The notes beneath the pieces are model-generated. The model made no database searches. It worked only from the letters and a program-made list of their open reading frames with translations, and was not told the origin of the DNA. From positions 2,202-66,201 of the forward strand of contig CALVML010000006.1 of NCBI GenBank assembly GCA_944345705.1: DNA of 64,000 nt, in the 5' to 3' direction. Shown piece by piece: positions 10,628 through 19,773 of this stretch (position 1 is its first letter; every line of letters begins with the position of its first letter). The stretch comes from an uncultured Clostridia bacterium (lineage in GTDB: Bacteria > Bacillota > Clostridia > Christensenellales > UBA1242). The position numbers and the translations under genes are program-made.

Positions 10628-11071
10628 TTAATTTTCTTGCATGTTATTTATAAAATCTTTAAGTGAAGCAAAGTCTAAATTTTTAACAGCACTTGCATAT
10701 CGCACATAGGCAACAAGGTCAATCTTTTTGATCTGCGCTAAGGCAAAATCTGCAAGTTCCTGTGATGAAAGCTGTTCGATAAACCTGTTTTGAATATTTT
10801 TTTCCATGGTATGAATAAGCTTTTCAATATCTTCATCGCTTAATCCGCGTTTATGGAATGCCCACTTGACACTTTTGAAAAGTTTGTCAAAGCTGTAAGA
10901 TTGTTTTGAGCCATCCTTTTTTATTATCAAAAATGGAATTATATCTGCCTTTTCGTAGGTAGTAAATCTTCTTCCGCAAGAAAGACATTCTCGTCTTCTT
11001 CTTATTACATCATCTCCGGCTCTTGAATCAAGCACCTTGCTTTCGTTATGTCCGCAATATATACATTTCAT
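10628..11071 (-). CDS. nrdR: Transcriptional repressor NrdR
   Basis: MKCIYCGHNESKVLDSR...CLSCGRRFTTYE zinc ribbon plus an ATP-cone. Start moved to ATG 11071; the 27-aa N-terminal extension in the track is not NrdR-like. Confidence 0.92.
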   Translation of the reverse strand: MKCIYCGHNESKVLDSRAGDDVIRRRRECLSCGRRFTTYEKADIIPFLIIKKDGSKQSYSFDKLFKSVKWAFHKRGLSDEDIEKLIHTMEKNIQNRFIEQLSSQELADFALAQIKKIDLVAYVRYASAVKNLDFASLKDFINNMQEN

Positions 11072-11181
11072 AGCAATCTCCTTGACTATATGATAACATA
11101 ATTTTTTATATTTTTCAATCGATTTTTGAATTAAATAGACAAATTTTGTCATATTGAGTAAAAAATCAAATAAATTATCTT

Positions 11182-11409
11182 ATGGACAAACTCTCAAAGA
11201 TAAAAATGAATAAAAGTTACCTTTTAAATGGTTTTACAAATTCTCTTCCTTTGAAACTCAAAAGAAGACTTTTAGATCTTGGTTTTACGCGGGGAGAAAA
11301 GGTTGTATTTTGCAATAAATCGCTTTTAGGCAAGACATACCTTGTGCAAATCCGTGGGGTTATGCTTTCACTGCGCGATCAAATTGTAAAAGGGCTAATT
11401 TTAGAATAA
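11182..11409 (+). CDS. feoA: FeoA-family ferrous iron transport protein
   Basis: 75-aa SH3-like small protein directly upstream of feoB. Confidence 0.7.
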   Translation: MDKLSKIKMNKSYLLNGFTNSLPLKLKRRLLDLGFTRGEKVVFCNKSLLGKTYLVQIRGVMLSLRDQIVKGLILE

Positions 11410-11459
11410 TCTTTCAAACTTTGCTTTTTGATTAAGATTTAAAAATTTAAGGTGGTTTT

Positions 11460-13547
11460 ATGATTGATGTAATACTTGTTGGCAATCCAAATACAGGCAA
11501 GACCACTCTCTACAATACATTGACTGGTAAAAATGAACATGTGGGCAATTGGCATGGTGTAACCGTTGAAGAAAAATTTACCACATATTCTTATCAAAAT
11601 CATCAAATTCGTGTTGTAGACTTGCCCGGCATTTATCATACAACGCCGCTTAGTTTTGAGGAGAAGGTTGCCACTGACTATATCTATAACAATCGAGATA
11701 AATTAATTGTAAACATCTGTGATGCCAGTAACTTGACTCGAAATCTATATCTTACTTTAGGACTTTTGGAACTTGGCACAAATGTTATTCTTTTTGTTAA
11801 TCAGATTGATAAAAAGCCTATTCGCAAAGTTGATTATGCAAAACTTGAAAATCTTTTAGGCATAAAGATCATCTATGGCAATGCTTCACACAAGAAAGAA
11901 GTGCAAAGACTCAATCAAGCGATAGTTAACTTCCAAGTTTGTGACAATGTGAAATATAGGTTGCCATATATCAAAAATATCGATTTTTCGCCATTAAAAA
12001 CGTTAAAAAATGCAGAAAAACTGTCAATTTTCCAAAAAATTAAGCTACTTGAAGATGATGAGATGGTTAAGTCAAATCTAAATATCCAAGAAAATTTTGA
12101 CCAAGTAGAGCAGATTGCTCAGGTTAAATATAAATATATTGACGAGATAATTGGCAAATGTTGCGATAGACAATTGCGTGTCTATGGCAAGAGTAAATTA
12201 GATAAAATCTTACTTAATAGATATCTTGCGCTTCCAATATTTTTGCTTTTACTATGCATAGTGTTTTATTTGACATTCTTTTCGCTAGGCAAATTTTTGA
12301 GTGATGGGCTTGGGTTTATCTTTGATAAGATTTTATTTTCGCCGTTATCAAATTTGGTCGTTAGTAAGTTTGGGGCGGAGAGTGCCTTTACTTCACTTGT
12401 GCAAGAGGCTTTAATTGGCGGAGTTGGAAGTGTGCTTTCATTCTTGCCACAAGTTGCGCTACTATTTTTCTTTTTATCAATTCTTGAAGATAGCGGATAT
12501 CTTGCGCGAATAGCCTTTACATTTGATGATATCTTGTCGAAAGTTGGGCTTTCTGGAAAAAGTGTGTATACACTCTTGATGGGCTTTGGTTGTTCTACAT
12601 CGGCGGTGATGACCGCGCGCAATATGGAAGACAAAAACTCCAAGATTAAGACTGGTTTGCTTACTCCATATATGAGTTGTTCGGCAAAATTCCCGATCTA
12701 TACGGTGCTTGGTGGTGCTTTCTTTGGCGCAAACAATATCATTGTTATTCTTGGTCTATATATTCTCGGTGTGGTGATCGCTGTACTTTTGTCATATATC
12801 TTTGAAAAGACTTCACTTAAAAGTAAACAGCAATCTTTCATCTTGGAATTTCCGCCATATCGTGCTATGAACTTAAAAAGAGTTTTTAAACTACTATGGC
12901 AGAATATAAAGTCATTTATTACAAGAATTGCATCGATAATTGTTGCCATGAACATAGTTCTGTGGTTTTTGTCGCATTTCACAGCAAAATTGGAATTCAT
13001 ATCCTCTCAAAGCAGTTCAATTAGTCTTTTGCAGACATTTGGAATGATTTTAAGTCCTATTTTCGCTCCGCTTGGCTTCGGGAGTTGGGGAGCAGTCAGT
13101 GCATTGCTGGCTGGACTTGTGGCAAAAGAAGTCATTGTTTCGTCAATTGCAATGTTTAACGGTGTAGAGAGTGCAAATTTATCAGCTCTTCAGTCAAGCC
13201 TTCTAATCTCTACTTCGGCAGTCCATTTCTTAAGTCCTGCAAGCGCACTTTCATTTTTGGTTTTCTGTCTTCTATATTTTCCATGCGTGGCAACCTTTTC
13301 GGTACTATTAAGAGAAATCGGTTTTAAATGGACTTTGATAGGCTCTTGCATAGAATTTATGGTTGCATATTTATCTGCTTTTGTCATTTATACCTTGGCA
13401 AGATCTATAGAATATTTTGGAATGGCTCAGGTCTTGTCTATTTTGTTTGTTGCTATTTTGATTATAGTCAGCCTATTGTTCTTGCGAAGAAGATTAAAGA
13501 AAAAGGCTTGTCCTTATTCAGATCATTGCGGAAAATGTAAAAGGTGA
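11460..13547 (+). CDS. feoB: Ferrous iron transporter FeoB
   Basis: G-domain motifs GNPNTGKTTLYN, DLPGIY and NQID, followed by a polytopic permease domain. C-terminal tail KKKACPYSDHCGKCKR is Cys-rich. Confidence 0.95.
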   Translation: MIDVILVGNPNTGKTTLYNTLTGKNEHVGNWHGVTVEEKFTTYSYQNHQIRVVDLPGIYHTTPLSFEEKVATDYIYNNRDKLIVNICDASNLTRNLYLTLGLLELGTNVILFVNQIDKKPIRKVDYAKLENLLGIKIIYGNASHKKEVQRLNQAIVNFQVCDNVKYRLPYIKNIDFSPLKTLKNAEKLSIFQKIKLLEDDEMVKSNLNIQENFDQVEQIAQVKYKYIDEIIGKCCDRQLRVYGKSKLDKILLNRYLALPIFLLLLCIVFYLTFFSLGKFLSDGLGFIFDKILFSPLSNLVVSKFGAESAFTSLVQEALIGGVGSVLSFLPQVALLFFFLSILEDSGYLARIAFTFDDILSKVGLSGKSVYTLLMGFGCSTSAVMTARNMEDKNSKIKTGLLTPYMSCSAKFPIYTVLGGAFFGANNIIVILGLYILGVVIAVLLSYIFEKTSLKSKQQSFILEFPPYRAMNLKRVFKLLWQNIKSFITRIASIIVAMNIVLWFLSHFTAKLEFISSQSSSISLLQTFGMILSPIFAPLGFGSWGAVSALLAGLVAKEVIVSSIAMFNGVESANLSALQSSLLISTSAVHFLSPASALSFLVFCLLYFPCVATFSVLLREIGFKWTLIGSCIEFMVAYLSAFVIYTLARSIEYFGMAQVLSILFVAILIIVSLLFLRRRLKKKACPYSDHCGKCKR

Positions 13548-13620
13548 TTTTAAGGCAAGGTTGAATTTTGGGGAATTTTTGGGTAATGTGAATATCTTAG
13601 GGCAATAGTCATATCCTAGG

Positions 13621-13708
13621 GCAATCGGAAGCAAAATTTTTTAAAGTTTTAAAAAATTTTCGAAAACATAGTTTTCGGGTGTGCTTTAAAGCACACGCTT
13701 CCGATTGC
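13621..13708. repeat. 88-nt multi-hairpin element closed by a perfect 12-bp inverted repeat
   Basis: GCAATCGGAAGC (13621-13632) pairs with GCTTCCGATTGC (13697-13708). Inner hairpins are AAAATTTTTTAAA/TTTAAAAAATTTT, CGAAAAC/GTTTTCG and GTGTGC-TTTAA-GCACAC. The last is the same hairpin type as in the 137-bp repeat family. Confidence 0.6.
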
Positions 13709-14222
13709 AGTATTCAAAGCCAAACTTTGATCCAAAGAATAAGGCGATTTCTGTTTTTAAGTTTTTCCATAAAGAGATAGGGTATTGTAGATTTTCATAT
13801 TTATATTTAAGAAAATAAAATATTCCTAAAAATTTTTGATTATTTATAAAAAAATATGTCAAATCTATCACAAATCAAAGAAAATATGAATAATATAGAC
13901 TATGGAAAAAGAAAAGGATCAACAAAAAGAAAACGGCAAATTTAAGATAATTTGTATAAAAGCACCAAAGTGGCTTAGTTTTTTGCTTAGAAAATTCGCT
14001 TCAAAAAAGGAAGAAAAAATCGAGGCTTAAGTCTACTTGTACATAACTTAATCTATTTTAAATGTATAAATTATAGCATATTTAATGTAATGATTTTGTA
14101 ATAGTTATTATTTTTTCTATAAAATGCTATTCATTTTGCATATATGATTGATTTAATCATATATTTTTTATTTTTAAACATAATATTTTTAAATAATAAA
14201 TTATTTAAAACCCTGTGATCAT

Positions 14223-14252
14223 TTGACATGCGGGAAGGGAATTTGGTATAAT
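14223..14252 (+). promoter_or_regulatory. Sigma-A-type promoter of the surface protein gene
   Basis: TTGACA (14223-14228), 18-nt spacer, TATAAT (14247-14252). Confidence 0.6.
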
Positions 14253-14274
14253 AAAAATACAGATTGACATTAGT

Positions 14275-17200
14275 ATGGCTAATAAAAGGAGAATATGTTT
14301 GAGTAAAAAGTATTTTTTTACAATGATAATTTTACTTATCCTGTCATTATTTTCAGGTATTCTTTTATTAGAGTTTTCTACCCCTACAGAAACAAATATT
14401 TCAAACTCGCCAAATGAAAGTAATAATGAAATTACAAATGCAGCAGATATTACAATTTCTATTTACATAGACGATATTTATGGAGCTACAAGTGGTAGTG
14501 CCGGTAGCGTACATGGAACTGTGAGAACAGAAAGTGAGGACGGTACATCAAGAAGTTATTCTTCTTTTACCCAAAGGCTATCAAGATCTAATAATACATT
14601 GTCAATAGCAGTAACACGGACATCTTACTGGTGGCGTTCATTTGAAATAACCTCCTATAGTTCAGTTGTAGCAACACCAGCAGCGGATGTTAATGAAGAA
14701 AATTCTGTTGTCGTTGGCACGAATGGCGGAGGCGGGTCATATGTAGTAACTGGCTTAAATGGATTATATTTAAGATATAATTCAGGTTACTATACTCGTA
14801 ATGGTACATTCACTATGGATTTTTATTTGGAGATAGTATGCCCTTTAGATCATCAAGGAGGAAGCAGTAGTACAAGCAGAGTTACGTACAACACATATAA
14901 TCAAAAGGCTACCTCAGTTTCTAAGCCCACAAGGACGGGCTATACCTTCAAAGGATATTATACAGGAGCAAATGGAGGTGGAAGCCAGGTTATAGATGAA
15001 AATTTAAATTGGAGATGGGACAGATCTGTTTGTTATGCCACGACACTTTACGCTAGGTGGGAGCCTAAAACATATCGCGTAGACACTAATATCTTAAGTC
15101 CTAGCGATGTTCAGGACTATAATAGTGGTACAATGGCTCAAAGTTATGATGGACAAACAAAAACAGGATTGACAGATCAAGCATTTAGCGATATAAAAGC
15201 CGATACAACATTGACAATATCAAACATAGTGCCAGCGGCAGGGATGCATGTAAGTTCAATAACCGTAAATAAGGGTACAGTTTCAACTACTACCTCTAAT
15301 GGATTGATAACGGGCTGTACTTATACACTAAATCCAGGTATATTGGGTGATCCTGCAGGTAGTAGCAGTTGGGATGTTATAATATCAATAAACATGGATT
15401 GGAACGAATACAAAATTGATATAAACTTTTATAAACTAGATGGTACTACACAACAAGGTGGAACATTTGATTTATATAAGAAATTGCCAGGTGGAAGCGA
15501 AACTCTTGTTGCAAGTGAAATATCAAACGAAGTTACAGGGCAAGAATTACTACAATACGAAGGTCAATTCATATTAAAAAATTTTAAGGCAATAGAAAAA
15601 GGGGCATATGTAAATTTAAATATGAACAATGTATCGTTATCTACTCCAACTGGTGCAGGAACGATAGAGATAGTTGATAATACAATAGTTTACACAGCAA
15701 ATCAAACTGGAGAGCCAAGTGGCGGTTGGGATAATGCGATATTGATTTATACATCAACAAATCAATTAATTGCAACATTAAAATATTTAAATGGAACATC
15801 GGATGAGACTGCATCAGCTGAGTATGTGTCTAGTGGCACAAAGCTTGGTTTGCCAGAACTGAGTCGAACTGGCTATGAATTCAAGGGCTGGAGTCTAACG
15901 CCTAATAATACAGGAGTATATTATGATTCTACTACTGATTGGAATGATATAACAGTTACCACCACCAACGGAAACGGAAGTTGCAAAGTATCGGATAAAA
16001 ATGTTGGTAATATCGAGTTCACACTCTATGCGATATGGGAAGCGAATGAATACAAAATAAATTATAACTTAGCTGGTGGTAGTCATGACTCGTCACATCC
16101 AACAACAGCAACCTACCGCGATAAATATGATGAAGATAGTGGAGAAAATGATAATATAATAAATATTTCAAATCCTACAAAAAAAGGCTATACATTTACA
16201 GGTTGGACAATAAGCGGTGATGATTATGATAGTGATACAGCGATGTATGGTTTAGATACAAATAATGTAACAACTGGGTGGACTGACAAAGCTACAAAAG
16301 TCACTGCCGAATATTTTAAAAATCTTTCATCGACTAAAAATGGTACTATCACTCTTACAGCAAACTGGACAGCAAATACATATACAATAGCCTTTAATGG
16401 AAATGACAATACAGGCGGAAGTACTTCTTCAAAGAAAGCAACATATGATAGCTATGTAACACTTACTGCAAATGGATTTATAAGGGCTGGCTATGTATTT
16501 ACAGGCTGGAATACAAAGTCGGATGGAACAGGAACTCCTTATTCAGACAAGGCAACTGTAAAGAATTTGACAATCAAGGACGGCGATACAGTCACTCTCT
16601 TTGCACAGTGGCAGTCAACGATTGCGAGTGGAATAACGGAAGTTTATGAAGATGCAGGAACATATTACATAAATACAGCCGATGATCTTGCAAAACTTAT
16701 ATATACAACAGAGAGCAAAGCTGTTGGAAATGGTTTTACATTTATTCAAACGGCGAACATTGATTTAAGTAATTTGACATATTTGCCTATTGGTAGATTA
16801 AATTCATTCTCAGCAACCTATGATGGACAAGGATATACAATAAGTGGACTTAGTTCGTACAATGGAACAGACGCAAATGACAACTATCTTGAAACAAACG
16901 GCGGACTATTTGCAAATGCAGGTGGAGCGAAAATTAAAAATGTAATAATAGAGAATGCCACCATCTATGGACAGAATGCAGGAATAATAGCAGGCATTGG
17001 CAATGAAGGTACAAAGATATCAAACTGTGTTGTAAGTGGTACTGTTAATGGAACAAATGCTGGCAGTATAATCGGCAATGGTAATGGAGCGAGTATTACA
17101 GCATGTCTTGCGAAAGGCGTAAACACAGCAAGTTTTGCTGGTGGCAGTGCAAATGTAGACAGTTGTATATATGAGCTTACAGATGGCACAAGAGGGGTAA

Positions 17201-17331
17201 GTGACAGCTTTAATGATTACAGCGCTTGGGTCTATCCATCTAATTTTGCCTATCCAATGCCAAAGGCGTTTATTTGGTATCCATATCCTGAACTTAGTGA
17301 AGATAGTTTGAATACTTGGCTTGGCAAATAA
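14275..17331 (+). CDS. Large secreted/cell-surface protein with Listeria-Bacteroides (Flg_new) repeats
   Basis: N-terminal TM/signal segment. At least four repeats of the type RTGY(T/E)FKG(Y/W)...(Y/L)(Y/F)A.W. (e.g. RTGYTFKGYYT..LYARWEP, RTGYEFKGWSL..LYAIWEA, KKGYTFTGWTI..LTANWTA, RAGYVFTGWNT..LFAQWQS). C-terminal Gly/Asn/Ala-rich beta-solenoid-like repeats. Confidence 0.75.
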   Translation: MANKRRICLSKKYFFTMIILLILSLFSGILLLEFSTPTETNISNSPNESNNEITNAADITISIYIDDIYGATSGSAGSVHGTVRTESEDGTSRSYSSFTQRLSRSNNTLSIAVTRTSYWWRSFEITSYSSVVATPAADVNEENSVVVGTNGGGGSYVVTGLNGLYLRYNSGYYTRNGTFTMDFYLEIVCPLDHQGGSSSTSRVTYNTYNQKATSVSKPTRTGYTFKGYYTGANGGGSQVIDENLNWRWDRSVCYATTLYARWEPKTYRVDTNILSPSDVQDYNSGTMAQSYDGQTKTGLTDQAFSDIKADTTLTISNIVPAAGMHVSSITVNKGTVSTTTSNGLITGCTYTLNPGILGDPAGSSSWDVIISINMDWNEYKIDINFYKLDGTTQQGGTFDLYKKLPGGSETLVASEISNEVTGQELLQYEGQFILKNFKAIEKGAYVNLNMNNVSLSTPTGAGTIEIVDNTIVYTANQTGEPSGGWDNAILIYTSTNQLIATLKYLNGTSDETASAEYVSSGTKLGLPELSRTGYEFKGWSLTPNNTGVYYDSTTDWNDITVTTTNGNGSCKVSDKNVGNIEFTLYAIWEANEYKINYNLAGGSHDSSHPTTATYRDKYDEDSGENDNIINISNPTKKGYTFTGWTISGDDYDSDTAMYGLDTNNVTTGWTDKATKVTAEYFKNLSSTKNGTITLTANWTANTYTIAFNGNDNTGGSTSSKKATYDSYVTLTANGFIRAGYVFTGWNTKSDGTGTPYSDKATVKNLTIKDGDTVTLFAQWQSTIASGITEVYEDAGTYYINTADDLAKLIYTTESKAVGNGFTFIQTANIDLSNLTYLPIGRLNSFSATYDGQGYTISGLSSYNGTDANDNYLETNGGLFANAGGAKIKNVIIENATIYGQNAGIIAGIGNEGTKISNCVVSGTVNGTNAGSIIGNGNGASITACLAKGVNTASFAGGSANVDSCIYELTDGTRGVSDSFNDYSAWVYPSNFAYPMPKAFIWYPYPELSEDSLNTWLGK

Positions 17332-17369
17332 TATAGTAGAGAGAAGATAAGATAAAAAAGATATTCAAA

Positions 17370-17450
17370 ACAAAAAATCTTAACAACAAAAAAGACTTAA
17401 CAACAAAAAAGACTTAACAACAAAAAATCTTAACAAAAAAAAAGACTTAT
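17370..17450 (+). repeat. Tandem 16-17-bp repeat, about 5 copies (CAACAAAAAAGACTTAA / CAACAAAAAATCTTAA)
   Basis: Read directly downstream of the surface protein gene stop. Confidence 0.8.
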
Positions 17451-17546
17451 GACAGCGTGAAATTTATTTTTAAATTTCAAGAAAAGGAAATGCTTTGGCA
17501 TTCCTTTTGATGCCGAATAGGCATCTGTCATAAGTCTTTTTTGTTG
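17434..17546. terminator. Composite long hairpin / terminator region
   Basis: Outer arms CAAAAAAAAAGACTTATGACAG and CTGTCATAAGTCTTTTTTGTTG enclose two inner hairpins (AAAAGGAAATGC..GCATTCCTTTT and GATGCC..GGCATC). Lies between convergent genes. Confidence 0.5.
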
Positions 17547-17631
17547 CTAAGATTTGATTTATTCCTTAGATCTTTCCATTTATCTAACTTATCGAAATGT
17601 AAATTGTAATGTGTTTATTTTAAACTCTATT

Positions 17632-17838
17632 TTATAGACTTCTTTCACTATCATAAACGGCTTGATCATCTTTTTCTAGCTTTTTCATAGTATCATAAAG
17701 CATTTTCTGATAAGAGTCTAGCGTTGGCAATAGTTTGTCAGAATGTCTATAGAAAAGTGATAACTGCTCTTGTGAGAGTAAACCTAAAAATACTCTTAAA
17801 ACTTTTTCATATCTATATTCTCTTTCTTGATTGTCCAT
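17632..17838 (-). CDS. Hypothetical small protein (68 aa)
   Basis: ATG at 17838 is preceded by AGGAGA with 5-nt spacing. No family recognised. Confidence 0.45.
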   Translation of the reverse strand: MDNQEREYRYEKVLRVFLGLLSQEQLSLFYRHSDKLLPTLDSYQKMLYDTMKKLEKDDQAVYDSERSL

Positions 17839-17985
17839 AATTATCTCCTGTAGTTTCATTATATGTACATATTAGTTATATTCCAAATTATGTAAAGATT
17901 AAACTTGTCGAAGTATATCGAAAAATGTCGTTTTTATAGTCAAATATAAAAAAATAAAAAATTTTAAAAAAAATGGCAAAAAGGG

Positions 17986-18014
17986 TTGACTAATTTGTAA
18001 AAAATGCATATACT
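17986..18014 (+). promoter_or_regulatory. Sigma-A promoter of the hrcA operon
   Basis: TTGACT (17986-17991), 17-nt spacer, TATACT (18009-18014). Confidence 0.7.
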
Positions 18015-18018
18015 ATTG

Positions 18019-18045
18019 CTAGCACTTGAAATATGAGAGTGCTAA
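18019..18045 (+). promoter_or_regulatory. CIRCE operator (HrcA binding site)
   Basis: CTAGCACTT-GAAATATGA-GAGTGCTAA against the consensus TTAGCACTC-N9-GAGTGCTAA, placed just after the -10 box. Confidence 0.85.
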
Positions 18046-18068
18046 AAAAGTCGAAAATAGGGGTTGAA

Positions 18069-19070
18069 ATGGGATTATCTGAGCGAAAGAAAAAGATTTT
18101 ATGTATGGCGGTCGAGGAATATATCAAAGATTGTTCTCCTATAACTAGCGGTGGAATAAAAGACGCGACAAGCCTTGAATGCTCAACAGCCACACTTCGA
18201 AGCGAACTTAATGCGCTTGAAGCTATGGGATATTTAAGACAGTTGCATACATCGGGCGGGAGAATTCCTACTGCACAAGGATATAGGTTCTATGTAGAAA
18301 ATCTGCTCTCAAACGCTAGCTTTACAGAGAGTGAAATTGATAAAGTAGGGCAGATAATAGATTCTAAGACTAATTCGCTAAGCGAGATAGTCAGCGGTAT
18401 TGCTAAGGCGCTTAGTCAAGCGACAAATTATCCAACCGTTGTCATGGTTGATGGGCTTGAAAATCTCATTTTGACTGAATTTAAAATCATACCGCTTCTT
18501 GAGGATAAACTCATGGTGCTAATTGGCACTGTTGCAGGATATCTCACTCAAAATATAGAGGTGAAAGCAACGAGCGAAGATTGTGAAAATGCATCGATTT
18601 ATCTCACAAATCACTTTAAAGGTGAAACAATTGGAACGATGATCGACAATATTGAGCAGTTTGAAGATGGTATGCACAGTGAAATTGACGCATTTAGCGA
18701 AGTTGTCAAGACACTCATTGCGGGACTTAAAAAGTTAAACAGCCAAAAGCAATTTAATGTAAGGCGAGAAGGTAGTGCAAAGCTTCTTGAAAACAAAGAC
18801 GGCATAGAAGATGCAAAAAATGTATTAGGCGTGCTTGAGGACGAAGATAAATTGTCGGACATAATGCAGATCAAGGGGGAAGGCACGATTGAAGTCACTG
18901 TGGCTGACGAAGATGATGCCAAGTGCTCGGTTGTGAAAGCGCCTATCAAAGTTGGTGGACGACAACTTGCCTCGATTGGTGTTATTGGGCCTCAAAGAAT
19001 GGACTATGCTGGAATTGCAAGTGCGCTTAAGGTGCTGGTTGACAACTTAAACGACTTAAAAGGAGAATAG
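18069..19070 (+). CDS. hrcA: Heat-inducible transcription repressor HrcA
   Basis: LSERKKKILCMAVEEYIKDCSPITSG winged-helix N-terminus and C-terminal IGVIGPQRMDYAGI motif. ATG 18069 is preceded by AGGGG. Confidence 0.9.
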   Translation: MGLSERKKKILCMAVEEYIKDCSPITSGGIKDATSLECSTATLRSELNALEAMGYLRQLHTSGGRIPTAQGYRFYVENLLSNASFTESEIDKVGQIIDSKTNSLSEIVSGIAKALSQATNYPTVVMVDGLENLILTEFKIIPLLEDKLMVLIGTVAGYLTQNIEVKATSEDCENASIYLTNHFKGETIGTMIDNIEQFEDGMHSEIDAFSEVVKTLIAGLKKLNSQKQFNVRREGSAKLLENKDGIEDAKNVLGVLEDEDKLSDIMQIKGEGTIEVTVADEDDAKCSVVKAPIKVGGRQLASIGVIGPQRMDYAGIASALKVLVDNLNDLKGE

Positions 19071-19769
19071 ATGAGAGGAAAACATAGAGAGCGTGAAGAA
19101 AATCTTAGCGAGAGCGAAGAGGTAAAAAATCAAGACGTTTCAAACGAAGAAATGAAAGAAGAAGATAATCAAACATGCAAATGCGATGAAGGTTGCTCTT
19201 GCACAGATGACTGCAAGTGCGGCGAAGATTGCGATTGTCACAAAGGTGATAACAAGGATTGCGGACATTGCCATTGTCATGATAGCTTACAAAACGATCA
19301 ATGTGATTGTTGCGAGGAAAACCACGAAGAAGAATCTAGCAAAAAAGATTTGGCGAGCGAATATTTAAACATGGCAAGACAAATTCAGGCAGATTTTGAA
19401 AACTTTAGGCGTCACGCAATTGATGATATAAAGAAATCGCGAATAGAAGGTCAGGAGTCGGTAATAGAGGTTTTCTTGCCTTGTCTTGATACTTTTAAGG
19501 AAGCGAAGAAAAGCATAAACGATGAAAATGTGCTTAAAGGTGTGCAGATGATTGAAGATAAAATTCAAGATGCACTTAAATCACTTGGTGTGGAAAAGAT
19601 TGCCTCAGTTGGCGAAAAATTTAATCCGCATCTGCACCATGTAATTGCTGTTATGAAAGACAGCGAAAAGGACAACGATATCATACTTGATGAATATCAA
19701 GCGGGATATAAATTTAATGACAAAGTTATAAGATATGCTATGGTCTTAGTCAATAAAAAGGAGGATTAA
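19071..19769 (+). CDS. grpE: Nucleotide exchange factor GrpE with a Cys/His-rich N-terminal extension
   Basis: C-terminal GrpE core (...[13 protein letters not shown]...[14 protein letters not shown]). N-terminal about 90 aa contains [36 protein letters not shown]...CDCC. Confidence 0.9.
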   Translation: MRGKHREREENLSESEEVKNQDVSNEEMKEEDNQTCKCDEGCSCTDDCKCGEDCDCHKGDNKDCGHCHCHDSLQNDQCDCCEENHEEESSKKDLASEYLNMARQIQADFENFRRHAIDDIKKSRIEGQESVIEVFLPCLDTFKEAKKSINDENVLKGVQMIEDKIQDALKSLGVEKIASVGEKFNPHLHHVIAVMKDSEKDNDIILDEYQAGYKFNDKVIRYAMVLVNKKED

Positions 19770-19773
19770 TAAT

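Noticed and set aside
10628-11152. The 174-aa version of NrdR with a 27-aa N-terminal extension.
   Set aside because: NrdR proteins begin at the zinc ribbon (MxCPxC...). An internal ATG at 11071 gives MKCIYCGHNESKVLDSR, and the extension covers the likely promoter region.
13686-13871. 61-aa minus-strand ORF. Similar isolated short ORFs occur at 5637-5819 and 50255-50449.
   Set aside because: They lie in AT-rich intergenic or promoter regions, lack RBSs, overlap hairpin or repeat elements and have implausible composition.
13902-14030. 42-aa ORF (MEKEKDQQKENGKFKIICIKAPKWLSFLLRKFASKKEEKIEA) downstream of feoB.
   Set aside because: There is no Shine-Dalgarno sequence and no recognisable family. 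It cannot be supported without conservation data.
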